DNA of 64,000 nt from an uncultured Eubacteriales bacterium (GTDB taxonomy: Bacteria > Bacillota > Clostridia > Oscillospirales > CAG-272): NCBI GenBank assembly GCA_934467415.1, contig CAKSLQ010000010.1, positions 9,101 to 73,100 on the forward strand, given 5' to 3'. This document shows, piece by piece, positions 1 through 9,623 of the stretch; position 1 is the first letter of the stretch, and every line of letters begins with the position of its first letter. Below the pieces are notes generated by a model that was not told the DNA's origin, made no database searches, and saw nothing but the letters and a program-made list of their open reading frames with translations. The position numbers and the translations under genes are program-made.

Positions 1-956
1 TGCTGTCCTTCCTGCCCGTCATCGTCACGCTGTTCTTCTTCCTGTCCATTCTGGAGGACACCGGCTACATGGCGCGCGTCGCGTTCGTCATGGACAAGCC
101 GCTGCGCCGCCTCGGCCTTTCGGGGCGCTCCTTTGTGCCGATGCTGATCGGCTTCGGCTGCTCGGTCCCCGCCATCATGGCGACGCGCACCGTCTCCTCC
201 GACCGCGACCGCAAGATGACCATGATGCTCGTGCCGTTCATGAGCTGCTCGGCGAAGATCCCGATCTATTCGGTCTTCGTCGCCGCCTTCTTCCCCGGCC
301 GCGGTGCGCTCGTCATGTTCGCGCTCTACCTCACCGGCATTCTGCTCGGCATTCTCGTGGCCTGCCTCCTCAAGAACACCGCGTTCCGCGGCAAGCCCGT
401 GCCGTTTGTCATGGAGCTGCCCAATTACCGCTTCCCCTCGCCGCACAGCGTGGCGCTGCTGCTGTGGGAGAAGGCGCGCGATTTTCTTGAGCGCGCGTTT
501 TCGGTCATTTTCATCGCCACGGTCGTCATCTGGTTCCTCGAGAGCTTTGATCTGCGGCTCAATCCCGTCACCGACTCCACCGACAGCCTGCTTGCGGGCG
601 TCGGGCAGGCGGTTGCCGTGCTGTTCAGGCCGCTGGGCTTCGGCGACTGGCGGTTCTCCACCGCGCTGATCTCGGGCTTCATCGCCAAGGAGCAGGTGGT
701 CTCCACGCTGGCCGTCCTGATCGGCTGCGACGCAAGCCTGCTCTATACCGCGCTGCCCGCCGTCTTCCCGTCCGCGCTCGCGGCATGCAGCTTCCTTGTC
801 TTCACGCTGCTGTATACGCCCTGCGTCGCCGCCGTTGCCGCGCTGCGCCGTGAGTTCAACTCGCGCGCCGCCACGCTCGGCATCGTCCTGATGCAGTGCG
901 GCGTGGCCTGGCTCGCTGCCGCGCTGGTCTACAATGTGGGGAGGCTGCTTGTATGA
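1..956 (+). CDS. feoB: Ferrous iron transporter FeoB, C-terminal permease part (5' end outside window)
   Basis: Frame of ORF 69..956 stays open back to nt 3. The translation (..LSFLPVIVTLFFFLSILEDTGYMARVAFVMDKPLRRLGLSGRSFVPMLIGFGCSVPAIMATRT..) is the conserved FeoB gate/membrane region with several TM helices. Confidence 0.9.
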   Translation, partial: LSFLPVIVTLFFFLSILEDTGYMARVAFVMDKPLRRLGLSGRSFVPMLIGFGCSVPAIMATRTVSSDRDRKMTMMLVPFMSCSAKIPIYSVFVAAFFPGRGALVMFALYLTGILLGILVACLLKNTAFRGKPVPFVMELPNYRFPSPHSVALLLWEKARDFLERAFSVIFIATVVIWFLESFDLRLNPVTDSTDSLLAGVGQAVAVLFRPLGFGDWRFSTALISGFIAKEQVVSTLAVLIGCDASLLYTALPAVFPSALAACSFLVFTLLYTPCVAAVAALRREFNSRAATLGIVLMQCGVAWLAAALVYNVGRLLV

Positions 957-1099
957 GCCCCGCCGACATTGTCGTCCTGCTGCTCGTCGCCGCGGCGCTC
1001 GCCGGCGCCGTCGTCCACTCGATCCGCGCCCGCAAAAAGCGCGGCGGCGGCTGCGGGTGCGGCTGCTCCGGCTGCACCGGCTGCGATAAAAAGAAATAA
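953..1099 (+). CDS. FeoB-associated Cys-rich small membrane protein
   Basis: ATG 953 overlaps the feoB stop (ATGA). The 48-aa product has one hydrophobic helix (IVVLLLVAAALAGAVV), a basic patch and a GGGCGCGCSGCTGC tail. Confidence 0.8.
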   Translation: MSPADIVVLLLVAAALAGAVVHSIRARKKRGGGCGCGCSGCTGCDKKK

Positions 1100-1149
1100 A
1101 AGACCGTCTGCCGGTGACCCCCGAACATGCGCCGGCACACACGCATCCG

Positions 1150-1189
1150 AACGGTACGCCGGGCTTTGCCCCGGCGCCGTTCTTTTTTT
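1150..1189 (+). terminator. Rho-independent terminator after the feo genes
   Basis: aacggtacgccggg ctttg ccccggcgccgtt followed by tcttttttt. Confidence 0.65.
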
Positions 1190-1376
1190 GCGGTAAAAAA
1201 CAAACATTTTTTTCGTTTTGTCAAACATTCGGGCATATACAAAACGGCCGTGTGCCGTTATAATGATATTGTACACAAGCTGTTTATCTGTTGATTTCGC
1301 TGTTTGCGGCGCGTTTCGCCGCAGATTTTTTGAAAAACATGCTGAAAAACCACGGTATTTTGAAAAAGGAGTCCCT

Positions 1377-3842
1377 ATGAAAAAGAAACTGTGCTTGCTT
1401 TGCGTTTTGTTGGCTTTGCTTTTGTCGGTATCCCTGTCGGCCGTGCCGACCGCGGCGGCGGCGCTCACGGCGGATACCGCGGCCGAGGCGCTGCACGCGC
1501 TCGGTCTCGTCGGCGGTACCGGCAAGAATGCGGACGGCAGCGTGAACTTCGCGCTCGGCGACAAGCTGACGCGCGCGCAGGCGTTCGTCCTCGTGGTGCG
1601 CTTTGTCGGCGCAGAGAAGGACGCGACGGCCAACGTGCAGAAGCATCCGTTCACCGACGTACCCGCCTGGGCAAACCCCTATATCGGCTACGTCTATGCA
1701 AACGGTATCACTAAAGGGGTGAGCGAGACGAAGTTTGACCCCGACACCGAGGTGTCGGAGGCGGCGTTCCTCACGATCCTGCTGCGCGTGCTCGGCTACG
1801 ACGACGGCGCGGGCGATTTTGCGTGGAACAATCCCTACACGCTGGCGAAGACGGTGGGACTTTGCGATGCAAAAAGCACGGACTTCAACCGCGGCGGCGC
1901 GTTTGTCCTCTGCTACCGTGCGCTGACGGCGGCGGTGAAGAGCGGCGACAGCATTGCAAAGCGTCTGATTGCCGCCGGCGTGTTCACGGAAAGCGTCTGG
2001 AACGAGGTGAAAGATATGACGACCGATACCCCGACCGATACCCCGGCCGCACCCGAAAATCCCGAAACCAAAATCACGCCGATCGCCGGGCTGAACCGGG
2101 GCGGCACCGACGGCGACCACATGGACGACGACTATAACACCGCGACGGTGGAGGCGGACTTCCGCACGAAGGTGCTGCTCAATGCGGCGAAGACCGGTTC
2201 CTTCCGCTACGACAATGCCTTCTATCCGCGCGTGAAAAAGGTGCGCGACGACCTCTATCTGCTGCTCTACCACTTCACGCAGACCGGCCAGCATCTCTAC
2301 TATGCGACCAGCCGCGACGGCGTGCACTGGAATGCGCCCGAGGTGCTGTACAACCGCGTTGACCACAATTTCGTGTACGAGTCCGGCGAGCGCGCGGGGC
2401 AGACCGACGGCTACTATGCCGTCAACCCGGACGCGGTCGTGCTGTCAAACGGCGAGATTCTCTGCGCCTATTCGGTCCGCCCGTTCAACGGGTATGAGAC
2501 CTACACAGACCTGAGCGGCATCGACCTGATCCGCGGCCGCGCGACGGAGGACGGGAAGATCGAGTGGTCCGACCCGACCCGCATCTACACGGGGCAGAAC
2601 TGGGAGGCGTCCTTCCTCATGCATGACGACGGGCGCATCGAGCTTTATTTCACGCAGATCGCGCCCTACATCTCGAAGTACGGCTATGACAAGAGCTACC
2701 GCTCCAGCGGCACGGCAATGCTGGTCTCGACCGACAACGGCTATACCTGGACGCCGCACATTCAGCCGGGCGACAAGAATAACTACCGCGCAACGACCGT
2801 GTTCCAGCAGTCGGTCGGCACGCGCAACGATCTGCCCTATTTCTGCGGGCAGATGCCGGTTGCCGTTTCGCTGGCCAACGGCAAGACGATGCTGGCGGTG
2901 GAGATCCGCCGCCTGCTGCAGCAGAGCTACGATGTTTCCTATGCGCTGAGCGGCGAGGGCGGCGTCTGGCGGGCGCTCGACTTCACCGAAGAGGGGCCGG
3001 ACACGACCAGGGCCAACTACATTGCCGGGGCGGCGTCGCCCTACCTTGCGCGCTTTGACTCGGGCGAGGTCGTCATGACCTATGCCGCGGGCAACCGCCT
3101 GCTGTCGCGCCTCGGCGCGCCGGACGGCAGCGGTTTTTCCGGCACTTCGTTCTCCATCCTGCCGGACGCCCCCGGCTTCTGGGGCAGCGTGGAGCGCGTG
3201 GGCAGCCACGCGATGCTGTTTGTCAATCAGGCGACCTCTTCGGACGGTGCCACCGGCGGTATTGCGATGATCCGCGGCTACCTCAATCACCGGATCAATG
3301 CGCCGAAATACACGGTGCGGGTGGACGGCTATACAAACGACTGGGAGAACAACACCGACGCCTTCTTTGTCGGCAGCGAGACGCAGGCGCAGGTCACGCT
3401 GCGCACCGCGCACGACGATGAAAACCTCTATTTCCTGGTTTCCCGCCTCGACGAATTCGTCACCGACCGGGATACGGCGACGGTCTGCATCGCCGCGGGC
3501 GCCGCAGCGGACTACCGCATCACGGTGGGGCTTGACGGCATCCGGGGCATCGAGTACTATGTCAACGGCGCGAAGCAGGAGACGCTGACGGGCGGCACCG
3601 CCGCCGTCCGCGTCCTCGGCACCCCGAACAACAACGAGGATAAGGACGAGGGCTTCGTGGTGGAATTTTCAATTCCGAAGGCGCTCGTCGGCATGACCGG
3701 CAAGAAGAGCTTCAAGGCGCGCCTGGCGCTGGTCAACGGCGACGGCAAGGGGGAGACGGCGGACTCCATGAGCGTTTCGCTGTATTCCACCGCCAAGTGG
3801 CCCGCCGTCGTGCTGGACGACTTCGACTCGAGACAATCTTAA
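1377..3842 (+). CDS. SLH-anchored secreted BNR/sialidase-fold glycoside hydrolase-like protein with C-terminal CBM9-like module
   Basis: ATG 1377 follows AAAGGAG, so the track start 1218 is rejected. Signal peptide MKKKLCLLCVLLALLL. N-terminal SLH repeats (FTDVPAWANPYIGYVYANGITKG). Asp-box motifs SRDGVHW and STDNGYTW. C-terminal DGYTNDWENNTDAFFVG..NLYFLV. Confidence 0.75.
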   Translation: MKKKLCLLCVLLALLLSVSLSAVPTAAAALTADTAAEALHALGLVGGTGKNADGSVNFALGDKLTRAQAFVLVVRFVGAEKDATANVQKHPFTDVPAWANPYIGYVYANGITKGVSETKFDPDTEVSEAAFLTILLRVLGYDDGAGDFAWNNPYTLAKTVGLCDAKSTDFNRGGAFVLCYRALTAAVKSGDSIAKRLIAAGVFTESVWNEVKDMTTDTPTDTPAAPENPETKITPIAGLNRGGTDGDHMDDDYNTATVEADFRTKVLLNAAKTGSFRYDNAFYPRVKKVRDDLYLLLYHFTQTGQHLYYATSRDGVHWNAPEVLYNRVDHNFVYESGERAGQTDGYYAVNPDAVVLSNGEILCAYSVRPFNGYETYTDLSGIDLIRGRATEDGKIEWSDPTRIYTGQNWEASFLMHDDGRIELYFTQIAPYISKYGYDKSYRSSGTAMLVSTDNGYTWTPHIQPGDKNNYRATTVFQQSVGTRNDLPYFCGQMPVAVSLANGKTMLAVEIRRLLQQSYDVSYALSGEGGVWRALDFTEEGPDTTRANYIAGAASPYLARFDSGEVVMTYAAGNRLLSRLGAPDGSGFSGTSFSILPDAPGFWGSVERVGSHAMLFVNQATSSDGATGGIAMIRGYLNHRINAPKYTVRVDGYTNDWENNTDAFFVGSETQAQVTLRTAHDDENLYFLVSRLDEFVTDRDTATVCIAAGAAADYRITVGLDGIRGIEYYVNGAKQETLTGGTAAVRVLGTPNNNEDKDEGFVVEFSIPKALVGMTGKKSFKARLALVNGDGKGETADSMSVSLYSTAKWPAVVLDDFDSRQS

Positions 3843-3881
3843 AACCAACCGGTTTGAAAACCGGATTTAAGGAGGATTTCC

Positions 3882-5390
3882 ATGAAAAAAACCATTGCGC
3901 TGCTGCTGGCCGCCGCGCTGCTCTGCCCGCTTTTCGCGGCGTGCGGCGAGAAGCAGCCCGATTCCACCACCGCGTCCGCCGCATCATCGGAAACGACGGT
4001 CGTGACCGCGCCGCCCGAGGATGTACCGGACTATGAAGCGCTTGCGGCGCTCGGCGACATTTCGGGCGAATTCCGGATTCTCTTCGGCTACGGCTTCAAG
4101 CAGAACGACTTCAAGGCGGAGGACGAGAACGGCACGGCGCTGGAGGCCGCCATTTACCGCCGCAACGCCTACATGAAGGAAACCTACAACATCGACATCG
4201 TCACGGAGGAGATGGACAGCCGCACGCAGGCGTATGACAAGCTCTTCGCCGAGTACAACGCGGGCGACTCCACCTACGATGCGGCGATGATGCGCACCGC
4301 CGAGGTGGCAAAGCTGGCCGCGGGCGGCTGCCTGCGCGACCTGAACGAGGTGCCGCACATGGATCTGAGCCGGGACTACTGGGATCAGAGAGCCAATGCG
4401 GATCTGTCCATCGGCGGCAGAATGTATTACACCACGGGTGACATCGGCGTGCAGGACAACATGGTCACGCACTGTATGCTCTTCAACAAGGAGATGGTGC
4501 GGCAGTACGGCTTCGACGACCCGTATGAGCTGGTGAAGGACGACAAGTGGACGCTGGAGGCGCTCGGCACGATGGTGCGCGCCGTCGGCGAGGATGCCAA
4601 TCAGGACGGCGTGTACGATGAAAACGACGTGTACGGTCTGATGACCTGGCTTGACAATGTGCAGGCGATTCTGGCGGGCGCGGGCGAGCGGGTCTGCCGG
4701 GTCAACGACAGCGGCGAGCTTGAACTCACCCTGTACAACGAGCGTGTCGTCAACCTGTATGACGATTTCACCGCGCTCATTTATGACAGCTCGCACGTCT
4801 TCAATTATCAGTACGACAACAAGACCGGCGACCGTTCCTCCAGCGATGTCTGGGACAAAAACCGCGTCAACATGTTCAACAACAACCAGGCGATGTTCTA
4901 TTTCACCATGCTGACGACGGTGCCGCGTCACCGCGACAGCACAACGGATTTCGGCATTCTGCCCTATCCGAAGTATGACGAGAGCCAGAAAAACTACGGG
5001 CACGGCATCGGCGTCAACCAGTGCTCCTTTATCTGTGTGCCCGAGATGGTGAAGAACGATGCGCGCACCGGCTTTGTCCTCGAGGAGCTGTCCTATCAGG
5101 GCAAGAAGCTGCTGACGCCCGCCTACTATGAGCAGACGCTGATCGGACAGTACACGCGCGATGAGGAAAGCGCCGAGATGCTGGACCTCATCTTCGCAAC
5201 GCGTGTGTACGATGTCGGTCTGTACTACAATGTCGGCAAGTACAAGGACGCACTCGCCAACATGTTTGTCAACCGCCGCTCGCTGACGACGATCTACGAG
5301 ACCTATCGCGAGGCGGCAGAGCAGACGGTTGCCGAGCTCAACGCGGCCTTCTCCTCGCAGGGCGGCGCGGAGAGCACCGACGGGCAGTAA
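3882..5390 (+). CDS. Extracellular solute-binding lipoprotein (ABC-type, sugar class), orphan
   Basis: AAGGAGG 8 nt upstream. Lipobox LLCPLFAAC. About 500 aa, of the large Clostridial SBP type. 40 nt after the previous stop with no terminator. No permease genes adjacent. Confidence 0.7.
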   Translation: MKKTIALLLAAALLCPLFAACGEKQPDSTTASAASSETTVVTAPPEDVPDYEALAALGDISGEFRILFGYGFKQNDFKAEDENGTALEAAIYRRNAYMKETYNIDIVTEEMDSRTQAYDKLFAEYNAGDSTYDAAMMRTAEVAKLAAGGCLRDLNEVPHMDLSRDYWDQRANADLSIGGRMYYTTGDIGVQDNMVTHCMLFNKEMVRQYGFDDPYELVKDDKWTLEALGTMVRAVGEDANQDGVYDENDVYGLMTWLDNVQAILAGAGERVCRVNDSGELELTLYNERVVNLYDDFTALIYDSSHVFNYQYDNKTGDRSSSDVWDKNRVNMFNNNQAMFYFTMLTTVPRHRDSTTDFGILPYPKYDESQKNYGHGIGVNQCSFICVPEMVKNDARTGFVLEELSYQGKKLLTPAYYEQTLIGQYTRDEESAEMLDLIFATRVYDVGLYYNVGKYKDALANMFVNRRSLTTIYETYREAAEQTVAELNAAFSSQGGAESTDGQ

Positions 5391-5437
5391 GGTACATGTG
5401 TGTCGGGAAGTCCGCCGGGCTTCCCGACAATAAAAAA

Positions 5438-5469
5438 AAGGCTGTAAAAACAAGCGTTTTTACAGCCTT
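5438..5469. repeat. 32-bp hairpin aaggctgtaaaaacaagcgtttttacagcctt, left copy (preceded by an A-run)
   Basis: Identical to 5711..5742. Stem ggctgtaaaaac / gtttttacagcc. Confidence 0.9.
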
Positions 5470-5497
5470 CAGGTTGCGGACAAAGTCCGGGTATCTT

Positions 5498-5663
5498 TTT
5501 CAGCCCCCTCGGTGAGGGGCGGCTGTACGAGACGCAAGGCGTCTCGCGGAGTTTTCCCGATGGGAAAACATCCTGAGGCGTGAGCCGACTGGGGGAGTTT
5601 TGCTCTCTGCAAGACTCCTTCCGTCACGCTTCGCGTGCCACCTCCCTCACCGAGGGAGGTAAA
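5498..5663 (+). repeat. Family-A multi-hairpin intergenic element, long form (copy 1)
   Basis: tttcagccccctcggtgagggg..cgagacgcaaggcgtctcg..gttttcccgatgggaaaac..ggagttttgctctctgcaagactcc..cacgcttcgcgtg..cctccctcaccgagggaggtaaa. Roughly 88 percent identical by eye to 23155..23318. Confidence 0.9.
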
Positions 5664-5710
5664 TCACCAGGCGACTGCGCAGATAAATTTTCTGGTTTGT
5701 CATCATGCCG

Positions 5711-5742
5711 AAGGCTGTAAAAACAAGCGTTTTTACAGCCTT
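5711..5742. repeat. 32-bp hairpin, right copy (followed by a T-run)
   Basis: Identical to 5438..5469. Joined, the two flanks reconstitute an A-run/hairpin/T-run bidirectional terminator between convergent genes. Confidence 0.9.
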
Positions 5743-5757
5743 TTTTGGTTTATGCAA

Positions 5758-6888
5758 TCAATAGTTGCCCGAGAACATCTTGTCGCTCGCGATATTCGCG
5801 TGCTCGCCGAAATACTTCTTCGGGTCGATGCCGACAAAGTCGGCAAACTCGATCATCTCGCGCAGGGTGTTGACGTTGACCGGGACGCCCTCCTTCAGGA
5901 TGCGCGCGGTCGCCTCCACTTCCTTTTCGCCGTGCGTGTAGATGCGGTCTGCCCCCTCGGCCTTGGGCGATTCGCGCAGCTCGCGAAGGAAGGTGGACAG
6001 ATGCTCCCTGATCGCCTCGGGATCGCCGAAGGCGGCGGGATTGATGGCGATGAAGCCGTGGCAGATGCCGCTCTTGCCGCCGTGCATCGCATAGTTCGAG
6101 GTCGTACCCATCGAGAGGATGGAGCAGAAGATCTCGCACAGCATACCGTAGCCGTAGCCCTTGTGGCCGCCGAGCGTCTCCGTGTTGCCGCCGAGCGGCA
6201 TGATGCCGCCGCCGTTCTTGGCGACGATGTTCTTCAGCACGTCGGGGGCGTCGGTGGACGCCTTGCCGTCCTTGTTGAGCGCCCAGCCCTCGGGCAGGGG
6301 CTTCTCCATCTTGTTGTACATCTCCAGCTTGCCGCGCGTGACGACCGTGGTGGAGGCGTCGAAGAAGAAGTCATACGGCTCTGCGGGCATGGCGACGGCG
6401 ATCGGGTTGGAGCCGATCATCGCCAGCTTGCCGAACGTGGGGACCATGATCGCCTCGGAGTTGGTGAACGCCATGCCGAGCAGCCCCTCATCGCACGCCA
6501 TCTTTGCATAGTAGCCCGCGATGCCGAAGTGGTTGGAGTTGCGCACCGAGACAATGCCGACGCCGCTGCGCTTCGCCTTGCGGATCGCCAGCTTCATCGC
6601 CTTGTGACCGGCGAGCTGCCCCATCGCGTCATGCGCGTCGATGACCGCCGTGGTCGAGGTCTCGTGGACAATCTCGGGTACGGCATGTACGTCGATCAGT
6701 CCCTTTTCAATGCCCTTGTGATAGCGCACCAGACGCTGCATTCCGTGGGATTCGATGCCGAACTTGTCGGACATGATGAGCACATCGGTGATAATCCGGC
6801 ACTCGCTCTTTTTGAAGCCGAGCTTGCCGAACGCCTTCATGCAGAAGTCGTCGAGCAGCTCTACGGGGAAGTTCACATATTCAGTCAT
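5758..6888 (-). CDS. Ldh_2-family (malate/L-lactate/ureidoglycolate-type) NAD(P)-dependent oxidoreductase
   Basis: AGGAG upstream of ATG 6888. Motifs ESHGMQRLVRY, RNSNHFGIAGYYA and LGGHKGYGYGMLCEI fit Ldh family 2. Confidence 0.8.
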   Translation of the reverse strand: MTEYVNFPVELLDDFCMKAFGKLGFKKSECRIITDVLIMSDKFGIESHGMQRLVRYHKGIEKGLIDVHAVPEIVHETSTTAVIDAHDAMGQLAGHKAMKLAIRKAKRSGVGIVSVRNSNHFGIAGYYAKMACDEGLLGMAFTNSEAIMVPTFGKLAMIGSNPIAVAMPAEPYDFFFDASTTVVTRGKLEMYNKMEKPLPEGWALNKDGKASTDAPDVLKNIVAKNGGGIMPLGGNTETLGGHKGYGYGMLCEIFCSILSMGTTSNYAMHGGKSGICHGFIAINPAAFGDPEAIREHLSTFLRELRESPKAEGADRIYTHGEKEVEATARILKEGVPVNVNTLREMIEFADFVGIDPKKYFGEHANIASDKMFSGNY

Positions 6889-7098
6889 GGGTCGTTCTCC
6901 TGTGTTGATGATTCAAAGTGGGTTGTTTTGGGCTGCGCCCGTCCGATAAGCGGCGCAATCCATCGTTGCTCCTCGCCTACTCCCTTGCCGTAGGGAACTA
7001 CGCCTGCGGGAGGGAGGCTCCGGTGCGCCTCGTCTTGCTTGCTTCTCGAACGGGCGGCTCGTTTTGAGCCGTTTTTACACCTGCGCAGGGAGACATAC

Positions 7099-7212
7099 TT
7101 TCAGCCCCCTCGGTGAGGGGGCTGTCACCGATAGGTGACTGGGGGAGTTTTGCTCTCTGCAAGACTCCTTCCACCGCTGACGCGGTCCCCCTCCCTCATT
7201 GAGGGAGGTATA
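7099..7212 (+). repeat. Family-A element, short form (copy 2)
   Basis: Same ends as copy 1. The middle modules are replaced by the hairpin gtcaccgataggtgac. Confidence 0.9.
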
Positions 7213-7292
7213 AGTTGGATGCGCATGATGCGGCGGGAGACAGACGGCGTCTTACAGCCGAAGCGGTTCGTTTTGTCCCGACAGGTACGGGC

Positions 7293-8090
7293 TTACTGTG
7301 CCGCGGTGACGATCGCGGTGAACGCGTCTGTCTTCAGCGATGCGCCGCCGATGAGGCCGCCGTCCACGTTGGGCTTGCCGAGCAGCTCGGCCGCGTTCTT
7401 GTCGTTCATCGAGCCGCCGTACTGGATGATCATCGCCTCTGCGGCGTCTTCGCCGTAGAGCTTTGCGACGGTCGCGCGGATGAGGCCGCAGACCTCGTCC
7501 GCCTGCTCCGGCGTTGCGGTCAGACCCGTGCCGATCGCCCAGACCGGCTCATACGCGATAATGATGTTTGCAAGGTCCTTCTTCTCGATGCCGGCCAGGT
7601 CGAGCTTGATCTGCATCGCGACGATCTCGTCCGTGATGCCCGCCTGTCTCGCTTCCAGCAGCTCGCCCACGCAGAGAATGACCTTCAGCCCCTTGGCAAG
7701 GGCAGCCTTCGTGCGGAGGTTGACGGTCGTGTCGGTCTCGCCGAAGTACTGTCTGCGCTCGCTGTGACCGATGATGACATATTCGGCGCCGGCCTCCAGC
7801 AGCATGTCTGCGCTGATCTCGCCGGTGTACGCGCCGCTTTCCTTGAAGTGGACGTTCTGCGCGCCGATTCTGATGTTTGTGCCCTTGGCAGCTTCCGCCG
7901 CAACGGCGATGTCCACAAACGGGACGCAGAGGACGATGTCGCAGTTCTTCTTGTCTGCGACCATGGGCGCGAGCGCACCGACAAAGGCGCGCGCGGCGCT
8001 CGGGGTCTGGTTCATCTTCCAGTTGCCCGCGATAACATATCTTCTCATTTTACTTATAAGGATGCGGCGGCACGGAACGCGCCGCCGCAC
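7293..8090 (-). CDS. tpiA: Triosephosphate isomerase
   Basis: [32 protein letters not shown] motifs. GTG 8090 sits 5 nt after AAGGAG. ATG 8048 ([13 protein letters not shown]) would give the canonical N-terminus but has no SD. Confidence 0.93.
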   Translation of the reverse strand: MRRRVPCRRILISKMRRYVIAGNWKMNQTPSAARAFVGALAPMVADKKNCDIVLCVPFVDIAVAAEAAKGTNIRIGAQNVHFKESGAYTGEISADMLLEAGAEYVIIGHSERRQYFGETDTTVNLRTKAALAKGLKVILCVGELLEARQAGITDEIVAMQIKLDLAGIEKKDLANIIIAYEPVWAIGTGLTATPEQADEVCGLIRATVAKLYGEDAAEAMIIQYGGSMNDKNAAELLGKPNVDGGLIGGASLKTDAFTAIVTAAQ

Positions 8091-8114
8091 ACAGTCTCCT
8101 TTTGAAATTTCGGC

Positions 8115-9422
8115 TTATTTGTCTTCGAGGCAGGCGATGCCGGGCAGCTCGAGGCCCTCAAGGAACTCAAGCGATGCGCCGCCGCCGGTCGAAATGTGCG
8201 TGATCTTGTCGGCGAAACCGAGCTGCTCGCAGGCAGCCGCGCTGTCGCCGCCGCCGACGATGGTCGTCGCGCCGCTCTCGGCAAGTGCCTTTGCAACGGC
8301 GATCGTGCCCTTGGCGAGGATCGGGTTCTCAAACACGCCCATCGGGCCGTTCCAGACGACGGTCTTTGCGCTCTTTGCAGCGTCGGCGTAGAGCTCCATC
8401 GTCTTCGTGCCGATGTCGAGACCCATCCAGTCTGCGGGGATCTCGTTTGAGGGAACGATCTTCGTCTCGATCGGTGCGTCGATCGGATCGGGGAAGTCCT
8501 TCGCGATCGTGGTGTCTACGGGCAGCAGGAGCTTGACGCCCTTTTCTTCCGCCTTCTTCATCATATCACGGCAGTAGTCGATCTTCTCGCTGTCGAGCAG
8601 GGAGGTGCCGACGCCGTAGCCCTTGGCTGCAAGGAACGTGTATGCCATGCCGCCGCCGATGATGAGCGTGTCAACCTTGGTCAAGAGGTTGTTGATGACG
8701 TTGAGCTTGTCGGAGACCTTCGCGCCGCCGAGAATTGCCACAAACGGACGCTCGGGGTTCGAGAGCGCCTTGCCCATGACGGTGATCTCCTTCTGGATCA
8801 GGTAGCCGCAGACAGCGGGGAGGTATGCAGCAACGCCCGCGGTCGATGCATGTGCGCGGTGTGCCGTACCGAATGCGTCGTTGACGTAAACTTCCGCAAG
8901 CGAAGCAAGCTCTTTTGCAAATTCGGGGTCGTTCTTGGTCTCACGCGCGTCGAAGCGGACGTTCTCGAGCAGGACGGCCTCGCCCTCCTTCAGGGCTGCG
9001 ACCTTGGCCTTTGCATCCGCGCCGATGATGTCTCCCGCGAAGGCGACCTTGCCGCCGAGCAGCTCGTTGAGGCGGTCGGCGACCGGCTTCAGCGTGAACT
9101 TCACGGGGTCGTTTTTCTTTGCCTTCTCCAGCAGCTCTGCCTTTGCGGCGGCCTGCTCGGCCTCGGGCAGCGCCTCGACCTTCTTCTTTTCCTTCTTGTC
9201 AAGACCGAAGCCCTCGGTGAAGACGGCGTGCGGCTTGCCCATGTGGGAGCAGAGAATGACCTTTGCGCCGTGGTTCAGCAGATACTCAATGGTCGGCAGC
9301 GCCGCCACGATGCGCTTGTCGCTGGTGATCTTGCCGTCCTTCAGCGGGACGTTGAAGTCACAGCGGACGAGAACGCGCTTGCCCTTGACTTCGACGTCTT
9401 CAATGGTCTTCTTGTTGTACAT
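8115..9422 (-). CDS. pgk: Phosphoglycerate kinase (with an approximately 40-aa insertion after the N-terminal GKP motif)
   Basis: [38 protein letters not shown] and [18 protein letters not shown] motifs. 435 aa. Confidence 0.95.
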   Translation of the reverse strand: MYNKKTIEDVEVKGKRVLVRCDFNVPLKDGKITSDKRIVAALPTIEYLLNHGAKVILCSHMGKPHAVFTEGFGLDKKEKKKVEALPEAEQAAAKAELLEKAKKNDPVKFTLKPVADRLNELLGGKVAFAGDIIGADAKAKVAALKEGEAVLLENVRFDARETKNDPEFAKELASLAEVYVNDAFGTAHRAHASTAGVAAYLPAVCGYLIQKEITVMGKALSNPERPFVAILGGAKVSDKLNVINNLLTKVDTLIIGGGMAYTFLAAKGYGVGTSLLDSEKIDYCRDMMKKAEEKGVKLLLPVDTTIAKDFPDPIDAPIETKIVPSNEIPADWMGLDIGTKTMELYADAAKSAKTVVWNGPMGVFENPILAKGTIAVAKALAESGATTIVGGGDSAAACEQLGFADKITHISTGGGASLEFLEGLELPGIACLEDK

Positions 9423-9475
9423 GAAAATACACTCCTTTTATATAAATATATTGAATTTCCTGTTTTGCCATCATC

Positions 9476-9504
9476 AATATAGCACAATTCACATGAAATT
9501 TCAA
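9476..9504 (-). promoter_or_regulatory. Sigma70-type promoter of pgk-tpiA
   Basis: Minus strand reads TTGAAA-17 nt-TATATT with TGc (extended -10), inside a 200-bp AT-rich divergent region. Confidence 0.55.
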
Positions 9505-9564
9505 CTGTATTTTGTTTATTTTTTGACGCTTCACAAGTAAAATTTCGGTTTCGGCAAAAAGCCA

Positions 9565-9593
9565 TTTACAAACGGCGGAAAATGCATTAAAAT
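9565..9593 (+). promoter_or_regulatory. Promoter of the methyltransferase-hslO unit
   Basis: TTTACA-17 nt-TAAAAT. Confidence 0.45.
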
Positions 9594-9623
9594 AGAAGGA
9601 GAAAACCGACAGGAGACGATGGC

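Noticed and set aside
1218-1376. Upstream-extended starts given in the ORF track (1218, 10330, 13823, 19685, 23323, 24940, 27489, 28660, 36889, 39940, 41129, 42156, 46549, 48065, 51899, 31844, 34492, 36750)
   Set aside because: In each case an internal ATG (or TTG) lies 5-10 nt after a GGAGG-like SD and gives a canonical N-terminus or signal peptide. The extensions cross terminators, promoters or repeat elements.
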